This document shows, one piece after another, positions 40,151 to 52,689 of a stretch of 64,000 bases of DNA; positions within the stretch are counted from its first letter, which is position 1; the number at the start of each line of letters is the position of its first letter. The notes under the pieces are model-generated. The model searched no databases. It worked only from the letters and a program-made list of their open reading frames with translations, and had not been told where the DNA came from. The position numbers and the translations under genes are program-made. The stretch is from Camelus dromedarius (Eukaryota). The stretch covers positions 4,898,001 to 4,962,000 of the forward strand of contig NC_087437.1 of the NCBI RefSeq assembly GCF_036321535.1. Reading direction: 5' to 3'.

Positions 40151-40879
40151 CTGCCTCTGCTGACTAACACTGGCCTTAGCAAGTAAACAATTCCAAACAG
40201 CTTAACTGCTTTCGTATGTTACAATATAGCAAATGTTTAACCCTATAGTGACAGCTGCCCTAAGAATGTCTGCTGTGAATCCCAGAATGAGAGACCAAGG
40301 AGAAGTATTTTCTGAGAATATAAATACCATGAACCTAACGTTTTCTTCTTCTTTTTTAACCATTTTTAATCTACTAGATGTATGTTACACTCAAGAATGC
40401 AGAGTTTAAACAAGAGAAATTTAAGATTCACTAATAATTTCTAAGTTGCTGAATTTTATCAATCAAGTCATATTTTCAAAGAGAAAAATTAATTCTAAAA
40501 TTATACTGATCATTTGAATTTTCACAAAAGAAGTGAAGCAATTCTACCTTCCCATCTGGATGTGGAATAAAAACCTTTAAATCTGTTAAACAGCTACTAC
40601 ATAAAACAACTGCTTCAAGTCCTTGGTAGTGAATTATCTGTAGGTCAAAAAGTTACAGGGAAACACAAAGCAAAGAATCTTCTCCCTCCCTATAAAATTA
40701 ATTACCCCAAAGCTACAAGTAAGAGTCAAAATGTCAAAAAACAATCAATTTAGAGCTGGCATTCTCTGTTTCCTCTCCCTTTCTCTGTTTACTCAAGGAC
40801 GGGGATATTTATTTCCCAAGAGAAAAATTACAAAGAAAATACCATGGTTCCTCTTCCATCTTTGTTCTTTGTTCTATCA

Positions 40880-41100
40880 ACCAGCATTTTAATTAACAAA
40901 TGTAACAATTATTCTGGCACACTTACGATGTGCTAAGTGTTATACATTTCCATTTAATATTCACAACGACCCTGCTACATTCCCACTGCACAGAGGGAAA
41001 AACAGACTGAGAAACTAAGTGTTATATCCAAAGTCAGACAAATTAGTAAAGTTGTGCCTAATTACAAACACAAGCTCTTTCTCAACTATTCTGCTTCCAC
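40880..41100 (-). mobile_element. MIR SINE remnant
   Basis: catttaatattcacaacgaccctg...cagagggaaaaacagactgaga. Confidence 0.55.
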
Positions 41101-41269
41101 TCATTATACGCACACACTCTTCTAAGATCTTTGTCACCTACAACACTAGACTAGAAAAGTGATCTTAAAAGATAAATAATCTATGACTGTGAGAAATTTA
41201 GGTAACAAAGGAACATACCATTTACTGTGATAATACTCCCAAACAGGTTATTTTCAAATAGGTATTTCA

Positions 41270-41403
41270 ATGTATATGTGTAGGTATATGCATGACTGGG
41301 ACATTGTGCTGTATACCAGAAATTGACACACTGTAACTGACGGTACTTCAATTTAAAAAAAGAAAAGAAAAACTAAACTAAACTAAACTAAACTAAACTA
41401 AAT
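41270..41403 (+). mobile_element. Very short young L1 3' end with tail converted to (AAACT)n
   Basis: Perfect 14-bp TSD aaataggtatttca at 41256-41269 and 41404-41417. Confidence 0.88.
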
Positions 41404-42189
41404 AAATAGGTATTTCAGGGCTAGTGTTACCTCACATGTTTAAGCCAGTTTACTTATCAAAATATAAAAAGAAAAAACCCAGCATGATATAGATAATATC
41501 AGAATTTAAGAACAAAAACCATTAAGTATCTATTTATGAAAAAAACCTATAACCTAACATAACTGCAACAAAATACTAAAATACACTAACAATTCCCATA
41601 GTTATTTTAAAATATATAAATGGTTTTAAGCCAAATTAAAGACATGCAAATATTCTGACATACAAAATGATGTTAATCACTACACATGGCTAAATTAAAA
41701 ATATCACCTTGATATCTGAAGCAACTGGAAATGAAACCACTAAAGTAACAGTATCCTATATTCTATCATCAGGGGTTTTTTCCCCCCGCAAAACAAAATT
41801 TCTTTATATAGACAATTTTAACTTGTTCCAAAGTATCTGGTGTCTAAGGTCACCTACTGAGACTTAAGCAGGTACACCCTGTTTTCTTGTTCTAGGTCAA
41901 CTTCCACACTTAGGTTTTTCTCAACCAGAAAGCAAGCTCCTTGAAGGCAGGGACTATGGTTACACACATACTGTTTCCTTCCAATTTCTTCCACCCGTAT
42001 ATAATGTCACTGAAATAACCTTTATTATGTCACAAGACTCTGGAATAGAATGGCAGAAATTATAAAAGACAGCAAGGAGAGGATTCCTACATTTTAGTCA
42101 GTGAACATGGGATGGGGGGGCGTTAAGGTGCAGCAGAAGGAGCCTTGTGCCCCCAGCAGGTGAACGACTTGACAGCAGAGTTGACAGCA

Positions 42190-42560
42190 GTAAGACAATG
42201 ACACTGACGACAGCCACCGCCAAGGGCTCGGGAGTCAGCCTGCCTGGAGCTCAAATTCTGATTCCATTCTTTACTTGCTGTGTTCTTGGGCAAGTTGGTT
42301 AAATTCCCTGGGTCTAAATTTCTTGGACTTTTAAGAATAATCATCTGCAGGGATCTGTCTCCAGGAGAAATACTGCAACAGCAGCATAGTGACTGAGGAG
42401 ACAGGCTCTGTGGCCAAATGGCCTGGACTCTCTAATCCAGCTTCTCACCAACAAACCTAATTGTGTGACCATGAGCAACTTATTTCACCTTTCCATGAAC
42501 CATTTCAACATCTATTAAAGGACAAACAGAATCTACAATGTTATTCACAGTGAAGTTTAA
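42190..42560 (+). mobile_element. Two adjacent MIR remnants
   Basis: ggagtcagcctgcctggagctcaaattctg...gctgtgttcttgggcaagtt and tgtgtgaccatgagcaacttatttcacct. Confidence 0.55.
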
Positions 42561-43730
42561 AATAAAAATAATTTTATTATGGATACTTAGGGTAGTTGAA
42601 AAATATCCCTAGTGAAGCCAGTGAGAAAAAAAGGGGGGACTTTGACAACCTCCTCCCTACTGGTAAGGTGACTCAGACTGGTGTCTGGAGATCCCATTCA
42701 GTTACTAGGTCACCACCCTTCTCAGGCCTCTAGAGAGCCTGTGAGAAGCCTGTCTTCACACTCCAGGAGCCAGACCAGTGTTTATTAAGTGTTCCTGGGG
42801 GAGGGAGCAGGAAATCTGACAAGAAGTAGGACTACCGGTTTCTGCATTCTTCCACATTCACTGTATTTTACAGTCTAGAGAAAGAGAAAGGGTTAAGAGT
42901 CCTGGCCCGTGACATATTAAATTACAAAAATACGAGATCTTATATACATTAACAGCACCACACAGCACTGTTTTCTATCTCCTACTGAATGAGACAGGCC
43001 CCTCATCTCAATGAGCTCACATCTTAAAGGAAGAGGAAACAGGTAAATACGCATTTAAGAAATTAGGAATGGAGAAAGTACTTATGATGAAAAATCATTG
43101 ACAGAGGTTGTGCAAATTGTTTTGAAGTCTTTCAGTTGAACAATGGCAAGGGGGTGTGGTTTCTTCTTCAGGCATTTACTTTTTAGGCCAAATTAGGTTA
43201 ACTTCGTAAGAAGCCAACAATTTCAACCGGACAACTTAACAGTTCTTTCATTCTTTACGCTAAAATGTATCCCATCTAAAAGTTACTCCTGCTCTTCACA
43301 CAGTCACTTAATGGAAAAGCTGGTTTAAAACGTTCACTTTACTGATAAAAAGTTTAACATTCTCAAAGATTCCCTTTAGGTTCCCAGTTTTGTTACAACA
43401 GAATTTCTTTTGTTGACACAATTGATTTTTCCCTTCTGCATAGTCAACCCAAAGCTCCTCCTATCTTACAAATCCGTGAACTCCATGTTGATTATTATAG
43501 AATAAAATATTTTATCTAGGGTATACTAAGTGGTCACTCTGTGCCAAACTAGTCTCTGAGTATTAAAAAATAAAAAGCTTATGGCAAAAGATGGTAAGGA
43601 AGTGAGTTCAAATCATGTTTCAGAAACATTTCTCACAGTTCAAGAATCCTGAACAATCTTCTTGAAAACATGCCTCATTAGTCCATATACTTCAGAAAAG
43701 GCTTATGAACAGATTTAAAAGCAAATGAGG

Positions 43731-44714
43731 CACATGTATCTTTTTGAATTAAGGTACCCTCTGGATACATGCCCAGGAGTAGGATTGCTGGATCATAGGG
43801 TAAGTCTACTTTTAGTCTTTTGAGGCATCTCGATACTGTTTTCCATAATGGTTGCACAAAACTACATTCCAACCAACAGTGTAGGAGGGTTCCCTTTACT
43901 CCACACCTTCTCCAGCATTTACAGTTTGTGGACTTTCGAATGATGGCCATTCTGAGTGGTGTGAGGTGGTTCCTCATTGTAGTTTTGATTTGCATTTCTC
44001 TAATAATTAATGATATTGAGCATTTTTTCATGTGCCTATAGGCCATCTGTATGTCTTCATTGGAGAATTGCTTGTTTAGATCTTCTGCCCATTTTTGGAT
44101 TGGGTTTTTTTTTTCTTACTAAGTTGTATCAGATGTTCAGCACAATTTACAATAGCCAAGACACAGAAACAACCTAAATGTTCATCAACAGATAACTGAA
44201 TAAAGTTGTGGTATATTTATACAATGGAATACTACTCGGCCATAAAGAAGAATAAAATAATGCAATTTGCAACAACATGGATGGACCTGAAGAATGTCAT
44301 TCTAAGTGAAGTAAGCCAGAAAGAGAAAGAAAACTACCATGATATCACTTACACATGGAATCTTAAAAAAAAAAAAAAAAAAAAGGCAAAAAAACTTAAT
44401 TACAAAACAGAAAGAGACTCTCAGACATAGAAAACTTATGGTTACCAGGGGAGGAAAGGGGTGGGAAGGGATAAACTAGGAGTTCAAGATTTGCAGATAC
44501 TAACTAATATGTATAAAATAGATAAACAACAAATTCACACTACACAGCACAGGGAATTATATTCAATATCTTGTAGCAACTTAGGGTGAAAAAGAATATG
44601 AATACGAGTATATGTATGTTCACGTATGACTGAAGCATTATGCTGTAAGCCAGAAATTGACACAACATTGTAAACTGACTATACTTCAGTAAAAATACAT
44701 ACATGTATATATAT
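43731..44714 (+). mobile_element. Young 5'-truncated L1 with 5' inversion (twin priming)
   Basis: TSD aaagcaaatgagg at 43718-43730 and 44715-44727, preceded by a TT/AAAA endonuclease site. About 43731-44130 is ORF2 C-terminus in minus orientation ([16 protein letters not shown]...DLPYDPAI); about 44131-44714 is the ORF2 end plus 3' UTR in plus orientation. Confidence 0.9.
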
Positions 44715-44773
44715 AAAGCAAATGAGGTGGAAGCACGCCGGGGAGGGTGGGAATTAGGAAACAGCTGCTCTCT

Positions 44774-46088
44774 AGTGGCAGTGTGTGTGATAAGTTTTGT
44801 TTCCTCTTCCCTTTGCTGACTTTCCTTTGCTTACCCAGGATAATAGAGTGAATTGTTCTTCAGGCTGTTTTCTGGTCAGTTACTGTGTTTATTATGTGTT
44901 GTAGCTAGTGTTTATAATTCATTTCATTTATTGAGAAGGTAAGTGGCCTCACTGTGCTGGAGTACAGGATGTAGAACAGAGCTGGAAGGGTATACATACA
45001 CCCACTGACTGATGATTAAAGGGAGAGCAAGATTATCATCTAGAGTCAGGTTCTGCTCCATGCAGTAAGAGATCTCCTTGTGCCACTGCAAAAAAGTCAC
45101 TGTATATATTTTAAATTATGAATGCAAAATCCCTATAAGAGATAACATTTAATTCTCTACATGTAATGGATTTATCGACTAGGCCATTTAAAAAAAATGT
45201 GCACTTGATCATATTTCCAAAATGACAAGCACTGTTATCTGAAGATCTCGAGTATTTTCACCTGACCAGTATAATGATAATAAATAATAAATTAACGCTC
45301 TCACTATTACTATATATTGCATAATATGTTATCATGCTAACATATTAACCTGATGCCTTCTTTGCAAAGACCTGTATTCTGCATCCATTCTTGCCATTTT
45401 CCATTCAACCAGAACATTAAGGTTTTTAAGTAAGTACAGAGTCTCACAGGACAGACAGTATCTTCCCAGCCTTCCTTACAGTGAGGAGCTGCAGGACAAA
45501 GTTCTAACCAGCATTCTAAGCAGGGGTGCTGTGTGGCTTCCAGAAAACCTCCTAAAAGGACAGGTGGCATATCCATCCTGCTTCTTGGAACATGGATGAG
45601 TTCCATGGCCACAATCTGAAACCAAACAAGGACCAGAATCTAGGGTAGTGGAACAGAAGGCTAGAGGGCCTAGGTCCCTGAGCACTTCATGGGACAGAAC
45701 TGCCATGGAAACCCTGGCCTGACTACTTCCTGACTTCTGTGTAAGAGAGAGATGAGAAGTTGTACCTTGTTTAAGTCGTGATTTTTCAGTCTCTTACTGC
45801 ATGGAGCAGAACCTGACTCTAGGTGATAATCTTGCTCTCCCTTTAATCATCAGTCAGTGGGTGTATGTATACCCTTCCAGCTCTGTTCTACATCCTGTAC
45901 TCCAGCACAGTGAGGCCACTTACCTTCTCAATAAATGAAATGAATTATAAACACTAGCTACAACACATAATAAACACAGTAACTGACCAGAAAACAGCCT
46001 GAAGAACAATTCACTCTATTATCCTGGGTAAGCAAAGGAAAGTCAGCAAAGGGAAGAGGAAACAAAACTTATCACACACACTGCCACT
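44774..46088. repeat. Near-perfect 299-bp inverted repeat (arms 44774-45072 and 45790-46088, 717-bp spacer)
   Basis: Manual comparison shows the left arm is the reverse complement of the right arm, with one mismatch seen (T45039 opposite G45823). Confidence 0.95.
45430..45825 (+). mobile_element. Old MaLR LTR (MLT1H-J-like); its 3' end overlaps the right arm of the inverted repeat
   Basis: tcttcccagccttccttacagtgagg...gaactgccatggaaaccctggcctgactacttcctgacttc...cttgtttaagtc. Confidence 0.7.
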
Positions 46089-46319
46089 GAATCTTCAGTC
46101 ACCACTGGTGGGTACTGTTATACAGTTATCTATGGGAAACGGAGGCTCAGTAAGATCCAGTCAGTCGATGACTCATCCATTCTTGTGTATTTATTCATCG
46201 TCTACTATGTGCCAGGCTTTCTGCTAGACTGAGGAAATAAAATTACGAGTAAATAGTCAATCCTTATTCTAATGAAGCTTTACACACCAATAAATATTAT
46301 GTAACGGCAAACGGTGAGA

Positions 46320-47337
46320 AACTGTAGAAGGAAAAAAATAACCTGATTTTCAAAATGGGCTAAGAATCTAAACAGGTATCTTTCTAAAGAACTACAAATA
46401 GCCCATAGGTAGATGACAACAACAAAAGGGGCTCAGCCATCACTAATCATTACGAACACGCAAAGCAAAACCATGAGATTTCCCTCTACACCTGCTGGGA
46501 CAGGTAGCATCAAAACACTGAGACAACATGGTGGGAAGATGTGGGGAAAGGGCAACCCTTGTGCACTGCTGATGGGAATGTATACTACAGCTACCATGAA
46601 AACCAGTATGGAGCTTCTTCAGAAAGTTAAGTATAAAACTACCACAGGATCCTACCATCTCATTTCCGGGTATAGACCCAAAGGAAATTAAGCAAGTTAT
46701 CTCAAAGGGACTTCTGTACTCCTAGGTTCAATACAACATTATTCACAAAGCCAAGATATGGAAACAACTTAAGTGTGTACTGACAGATGAATGGATAAAG
46801 AAAATGTGGTATATGTATATATGATGGAATACTACTCAGCAGTAAAAATGAAGGCAATTGTGCCATTTCCAACAACACAGATGAACCTGGAGGATATTAA
46901 GGTAAGTGAAATAAGCCAGACACAGAAAGACAGATACTGTATGATTCTATTTGTATGTGGAATCTAAAAAAGTTGAACTCAGAGAAGGAGAGGGTAGGAT
47001 GGAGGTTGCCAGAAGCCTGAGGGTGGGGAAATGGGGAGATGTTAGTCAAAGGGTACAAACTTTCAGTTTTACGATGAATAAATTCTAGGGATCCAACATA
47101 CAGTATGGTGACTACAGTTAACAATACTGTACATATATTCTGAATTTACTGAAAGTAGATCTTGTGTTTTTACCACACACACACAAAATAACTACATAAA
47201 GTGATGGATTTGCACTTTTAGCTTGACTGCAGTAACCACTTCATGATGTGTATGTGTATCAAACTGTCATGTTGTACACCTTAAACACACACTCTTTCCT
47301 TGTCAATTATCCTTAAATAAAGATGGCAGAAAAAAGA
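46320..47337 (+). mobile_element. L1 (L1MA-like) ORF2 end and 3' UTR
   Basis: gatgaatggataaagaaaatgtggtat...atggaatactactcagcag, ending in ttaaataaagatggcagaaaaa. Confidence 0.88.
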
Positions 47338-47493
47338 CTATGCAGCCTGCATGAAGTACTCCATCATACATGAGAAAAGTAACAAGCACAAGGTAAGAAT
47401 CCAAAAGACAGTAAAAGGCAGTACATATAGAAGACTAAAGAGGTATAGACTATACCTGCCACTAATTCAGTTATTGGTAAGAGGGCAGCATAT

Positions 47494-47650
47494 GGGGGAG
47501 AGGGCAGAGCTCAGTGGTGGAGCACATGCTTAGCATGCACAAGGTCCTGGGTTCAATCCCCAGTACCTCTCTTAGATAGATAGGTAGATAGATAGATAAA
47601 ATAAGCCGAACTACCTCTTCCCCACCAAAGAAAAGCTTGAAAATTTTTAA
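47494..47650 (+). mobile_element. tRNA-Ala(AGC)-derived SINE (vic-1-like, long form with internal GATA microsatellite)
   Basis: tRNA-like head, (GATA)n, unique 3' part and A-rich tail. TSD aagagggcagcatatg / aagagtgcagcacatg at 47479-47494 and 47651-47666. Confidence 0.88.
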
Positions 47651-47949
47651 AAGAGTGCAGCACATGAATTTAATTGTAACTGATATGTAAAGATACCTTC
47701 TAATTGTCCACTCTAAAAAAAGGTGTCTTTTACAAAGCTATCTGTAACAACTTCACTGTCACTAATTTTCCCTCCTTTAATTTACTAGAAGGGTGTCTTC
47801 TCAAGAAACCAAAGGTCTACCAGCTAGAACATTTAATATCAAAACTTACTCTTGATCGTATTTCTGAGTAAAAAAATAGTTGAAACCCTAAAACTATTTA
47901 ACAGTAAAACTTATAATGCAAGAATTATGGTTTAGCCATCCAAAGTGTA

Positions 47950-48400
47950 GATAAATGTCATCTAATAGAAATATAAAGTGAGCCTAAAATTAGGTAACCT
48001 AAAATATTTCCAGTAAACACATTTTAAAATCGTGAAACAGGTAAGATTAACTATAATATTTTGTGTAATTAAATATATCCAAAATATTTTATCAGCTTGT
48101 AATCAACATAAAGTTATCAGATATTTTACGTTTTAAACTAAGCCTTCAACATTTGCTGTGTATTTTATACTTACAGCATATCTCAATGAAAACATAGAAC
48201 TTCCATTGGAAATAACTGATTTCTATTCAGATTTCATAAATTTTACAGTTGAGAATATAAATATACATGCTCAAGTTGTTTCAAACATACTTAAAAGTTT
48301 CCCAATAACTAAGACAATGAAACACAATTCAGAATTCAGTTCCTCAGTTACAGAAGCCAGCCACACTGGGCTAGTGACTATCATGTCGTACAACACTGTA
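47950..48400. mobile_element. hAT-Charlie fossil (MER33/Charlie-like)
   Basis: ctaatagaaatataaagtgagcc...aatatatccaaaatat...gggctagtgactatcatgt. Confidence 0.6.
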
Positions 48401-48609
48401 TTAAACCTCTAAGGACTAACTTTTCGTCCTTAAATATGCTATCTACATTACTGTCTTAAGGAAAAGAACATACTTGAGACTGTTATGGCGGCTCAGAATC
48501 ACTAATATGAATACCTTTTGTTAGAATGTTCTACAGGAAAATAACCACTTTAGAGATAATGGCCTCAGTTGATGTTTCCTAAATATTTCTGCCATGACTA
48601 ACTATAAAA

Positions 48610-50425
48610 TACATTCATGGATATACAACATAAAAATACGTAAACTGTGACATCAATAACAAAGTGTAGGTAGGAAGAAGTGTACAGTTTTTGTATGAAA
48701 CTAAAGTTACCAGTTCAAAATGGACTGCTATAGACCGAACAGACCAATACAGAGCATTCCGCCCAGCAGCAGCAGAATATACATTCCTCTCAGGCAAACA
48801 CAGAACATTCTCGACAGCTCACATCTTAGGCCACAAAATAAATTTTAACAAATTTAAGAAGAAACTAATAATCCACAGCAGAAAGAATACTAGAAAATGT
48901 GGAAATTAAACACACTCTTGACAACCAGTGGGTCAAAGAAGACATCAAAAAGGAAATTAAAAAATATCTTAAGACCAAAACAAAAACACATGAAATATAG
49001 TAAAAGTACTAAGAGGGAAGTTTATAGCAATAAAGCACCCACATTAAAAAAGAAAGATCTCAAACAACCTAGCTTTCCACCTCAAGGAACTAGGAAAAGA
49101 ACAGAGTAAGGCCAAAGTTAGCAAAAGAAAGAAAAGAACGTAAAATTAGAGCAGAAATAAACAAGATAGAGAACAGAAAAATAGGAAGAAAATTACAAAA
49201 CTGACAAACCTTTAGCAAGGCTAAGAAAAAAAGGAAAACTCAGTAAAATCAGAAATGGAAGAGGAAACATTACAACTGATGCCACAGGGGGAAAAAAATA
49301 CGAGAGACTACTATAAACAATTATATGCCAGCAAACTGTGCAAACTAAAAAAGGATAAGTACTTAAACACATACTGGCTACCAAGATTGAATCATGAATA
49401 GAAAATACAAGCAGACCTATAACTAGAAAAGAGACTGCATCAGTAATCAAAACCTCCCAGCAAAGAAAAACCCAGGACCACATGGTTCTACAGCTGAATT
49501 CTACCATACATTTAAAGAAATAATGCCAATCCTTCTCAAACTCTCCCCAAAAACTGGAGGAAGAATAATTTCTAAACTCCTTTTATGAACCAGAATCACC
49601 CTGATACCAAAGCCAGATAAAGACACTGCAAGAAAATTACATGTCAATATTCCCGACGAACACAGGTGCAAAAGTCCTCCACAAAATACTAGCAAACCAG
49701 ATTCAACAGCACATTAAAAGAAACATGCACCATGACTACGTGGGACTTAACTCAGGCCTGCAACCATGGTTCATCACACAAAACTCAATTAATGTGACAC
49801 ACAACATTAAGACAATGAAGGATAAAAAAAGACTGCAATCATATCAACAGACACAGAAAAAACGTGACAAAATTCAACACCCTTTCCTGATAAAAACTTG
49901 AAAAAAACTAGGAACAGAAGGAAATTATCTTAATACGGGCCATATATGAAAAGCCCACAAATTCAATGGTGAAAGATTGAAAGCTTTTCTCTAAGATCAG
50001 GAAAATGGCAAGAATGTTCACTCTTGCTACTTCTACGTAACACAGTAGTGGAATTCCTAGTCAGATCAGTTAGGCAAGAAAAACAAACGGCATTCCAATC
50101 AGAAAGGAAATAGTAAAACTGTCCCTGTTCACAGGTCTTGTGCTGCATGATCTAATGCAGAAAACCCTTAAGACTCCACAAAGGAAGTGTCAGGACTAAT
50201 TAATGAATTCAGTCAAAGTGCAGGATACAAACTGAACAAAAATAAGTTTCATTTCTATACTGAAAAGGAAACTTCATAAACAATAAAATCCTTAGAAATA
50301 AACCTAACTAAGGAGGTAAAAGATGTGTAAACTGAAAATCACTAACACAGATGAAAGAAATTAAAAATGCCATTAATAAGTGGAAAGATATCCTATGTTC
50401 ATGGACTGCAAGACAACACTTTAAG
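48610..50425 (+). mobile_element. L1 ORF2 internal fragment (endonuclease-RT region), truncated at both ends
   Basis: Track ORFs AAAEYTFLSGKHRTFS and KILANQIQQHIKR...DKIQHPFLIKT are L1 ORF2 motifs. Confidence 0.9.
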
Positions 50426-52565
50426 AAAAAAGAAAAGTGGAACAACTGAAAAATAGTGATGAAAGAAGAGCGCACAGATGCAGAAAGAGAGGGGAAGATC
50501 AGAATGCAGATGAGGCATGAAGGGAGCATCTGCACCCTTCACACAGGAGGGAGGAGTTGATGTAGGCGACTAGTAAGTGGAAGAGAAAGGATAAAGTTGA
50601 AAAGGAGTAGAGGTGGGTGTTTAGCAGTTGAAACGAGTCATGGGTTCTATGCTGGATAATAATAACAACACAGAAAAAAAGGTAGTTTCAGTACACCAGC
50701 CAGTGGTGGGATGGGGTCACTGGAGTTTGTGGTCAGAGCCAAGTGCAGATGGTCACCGGCGTAGAGGCTGTTAAACTGAGAAGCATGATGTTCGAAGTGT
50801 CGCCTGGTAAGAAATGAAGTCACCTGGACGATGGAGAGGACACGGATCCAGAGGGAACGGGGAGTGAAAGAGCCGCAGGGCCGCAGGTCGCCCAGCCAGA
50901 CGGCAGGTGCCTCAGAAGGAGGACGGGTTTACAGGCAGGCAGACAGCAACATTCCCCAAGGCGTACTGGCCGCGAGCACAGGAACGGCTACACCTGAGAA
51001 GACCCCGGAGAAGCACAGACTTAGAAAACGCTGAGCTTCCGTTAAGACAGGAGAGGAACGGGCTTCCGAAGAGTGCAGATTCAAGAGTTATGTAAGAGAA
51101 CTTAAGGTCAGACTTCAATCTTGAGGAAAGTAACTATTTTCTTTAAAAAGTATGCAAGCAAAAAATTTTAACAAGCCAAATATAACAATACAGGTAGTTT
51201 TCTAGAATATATTCAACATGCCAAAAATACTGGGGGGGGGGGGACCTATTCTATTATCAAGCACGCAGCACTGTATTTATTGTTTAAACCAGTTGGTTTA
51301 AACTGATTTATTTAAATCATTTTTTAATTTTTATTTATTTATTTACTTACTTACTTTAATCAGTATTTTTAGAAGTTAGATTATTTTCTTCACTCTTTTG
51401 ATTACATCAACAAGTAGTATGAAATGAAGCAAAAATATTCATCATTCAGACTGGACTGGAAGGCCAGACTGAATTAAAGTTTTTTACATTCTGTATTTGG
51501 AAAAATATCCTATTTGATCTCTTATTAGTATAATTTTGAGCTGGAATTTATGTTAACTAGCAGCATGTCTGGCATGTGACTTAGGTTTCCTAGGCCCACG
51601 ATAAATACATTCTCTGAAATATAATTACATTTTTATTTGCATTATGAACAATCTTTCAGCAACTGTTTCAAAGACAACTTAAGTCCAATATTACAAAGTA
51701 GTAGAGTAGAACATTTTTATTTTAAACAGGCTGAATTTCTGTCTTTCTTTAAAAAATAATTGAGGGAAGGTTATATGCAATTCATTCTGGTTTCTACAAT
51801 GTGGTGACACTGGGGTAAATGGAGTTACCAAGATACTGTTCTTTAAAAGCTGAAGGGAGAGAATTTTCAATTTAAAATAAAATTGCTATGGTTACCCAAT
51901 GTTTACCTTTATAAGCAATAATTACATGAGCCATCCAAGGAATTCCCACAAGTGCAGTAAGATCTGCAGTGCACACTAGTTATTTCACACACAAACTGGG
52001 ACTGCATAAGCCACTTCCTTTGCTAAGTAGGGAAATACTAAGGAAAGTGATTCACATCTTTCTAAACCATAGAAGGGTGGAGACAAAAAATACTAAAAGT
52101 AACTACTTTAAAATCCAAGTGATGACTCAGATAATTTACATTTTTCATACTCTTTAGTTCCCTTTATTAAAGAGTGCTATCTAAAATTTTATGAAGCAGC
52201 TTCTATTGTTGAAAAAAGGAAAGGGTGTTTCTAACGTGTTTCAAGACATGGAATTTTTTTTTTTGCATAAATAGATTTTCATGCTCTTGATAACCTTGTA
52301 AAAAGTCACTTATAACTTAATGTTATTTCAGAATAAAATGAATTCCTTTAGATGCAGTCAATTTTTAATTTCCTTAATGGGAAGAAGTCCCTGTCAGATC
52401 TGATAACAAGCCCATTCTTGGATAACTGGCTGGTTAAACCTGCTCTCACTTATTGTATTACAGGACTTTTTGGTCTGTTTTGTTCATGATCAGAACATTC
52501 AGTAATGCAAGAATACTTATGAAACTTTGCCCCAGTACAATTCTAATGTGATCCTAATATTATGA

Positions 52566-52591
52566 GGCCTATTAAGATATCTTAATAGGCC
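52566..52591. repeat. Perfect 26-bp palindrome ggcctattaagatatcttaataggcc
   Basis: Self-reverse-complementary by inspection. Confidence 0.9.
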
Positions 52592-52689
52592 CATCACTAC
52601 ATCTTAATGGGCCTTCCATAAAGCACCTACTTTTCTGCACAACAGACTATCAAAATATGTTTGTTCTTTAACATCAGGGCTATTCCAAA

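Noticed and set aside
43678..44430. ORFs with clear protein-like motifs (122 aa and 74 aa)
   Set aside because: They are L1 ORF2 C-terminal fragments of a truncated insertion, not host genes.
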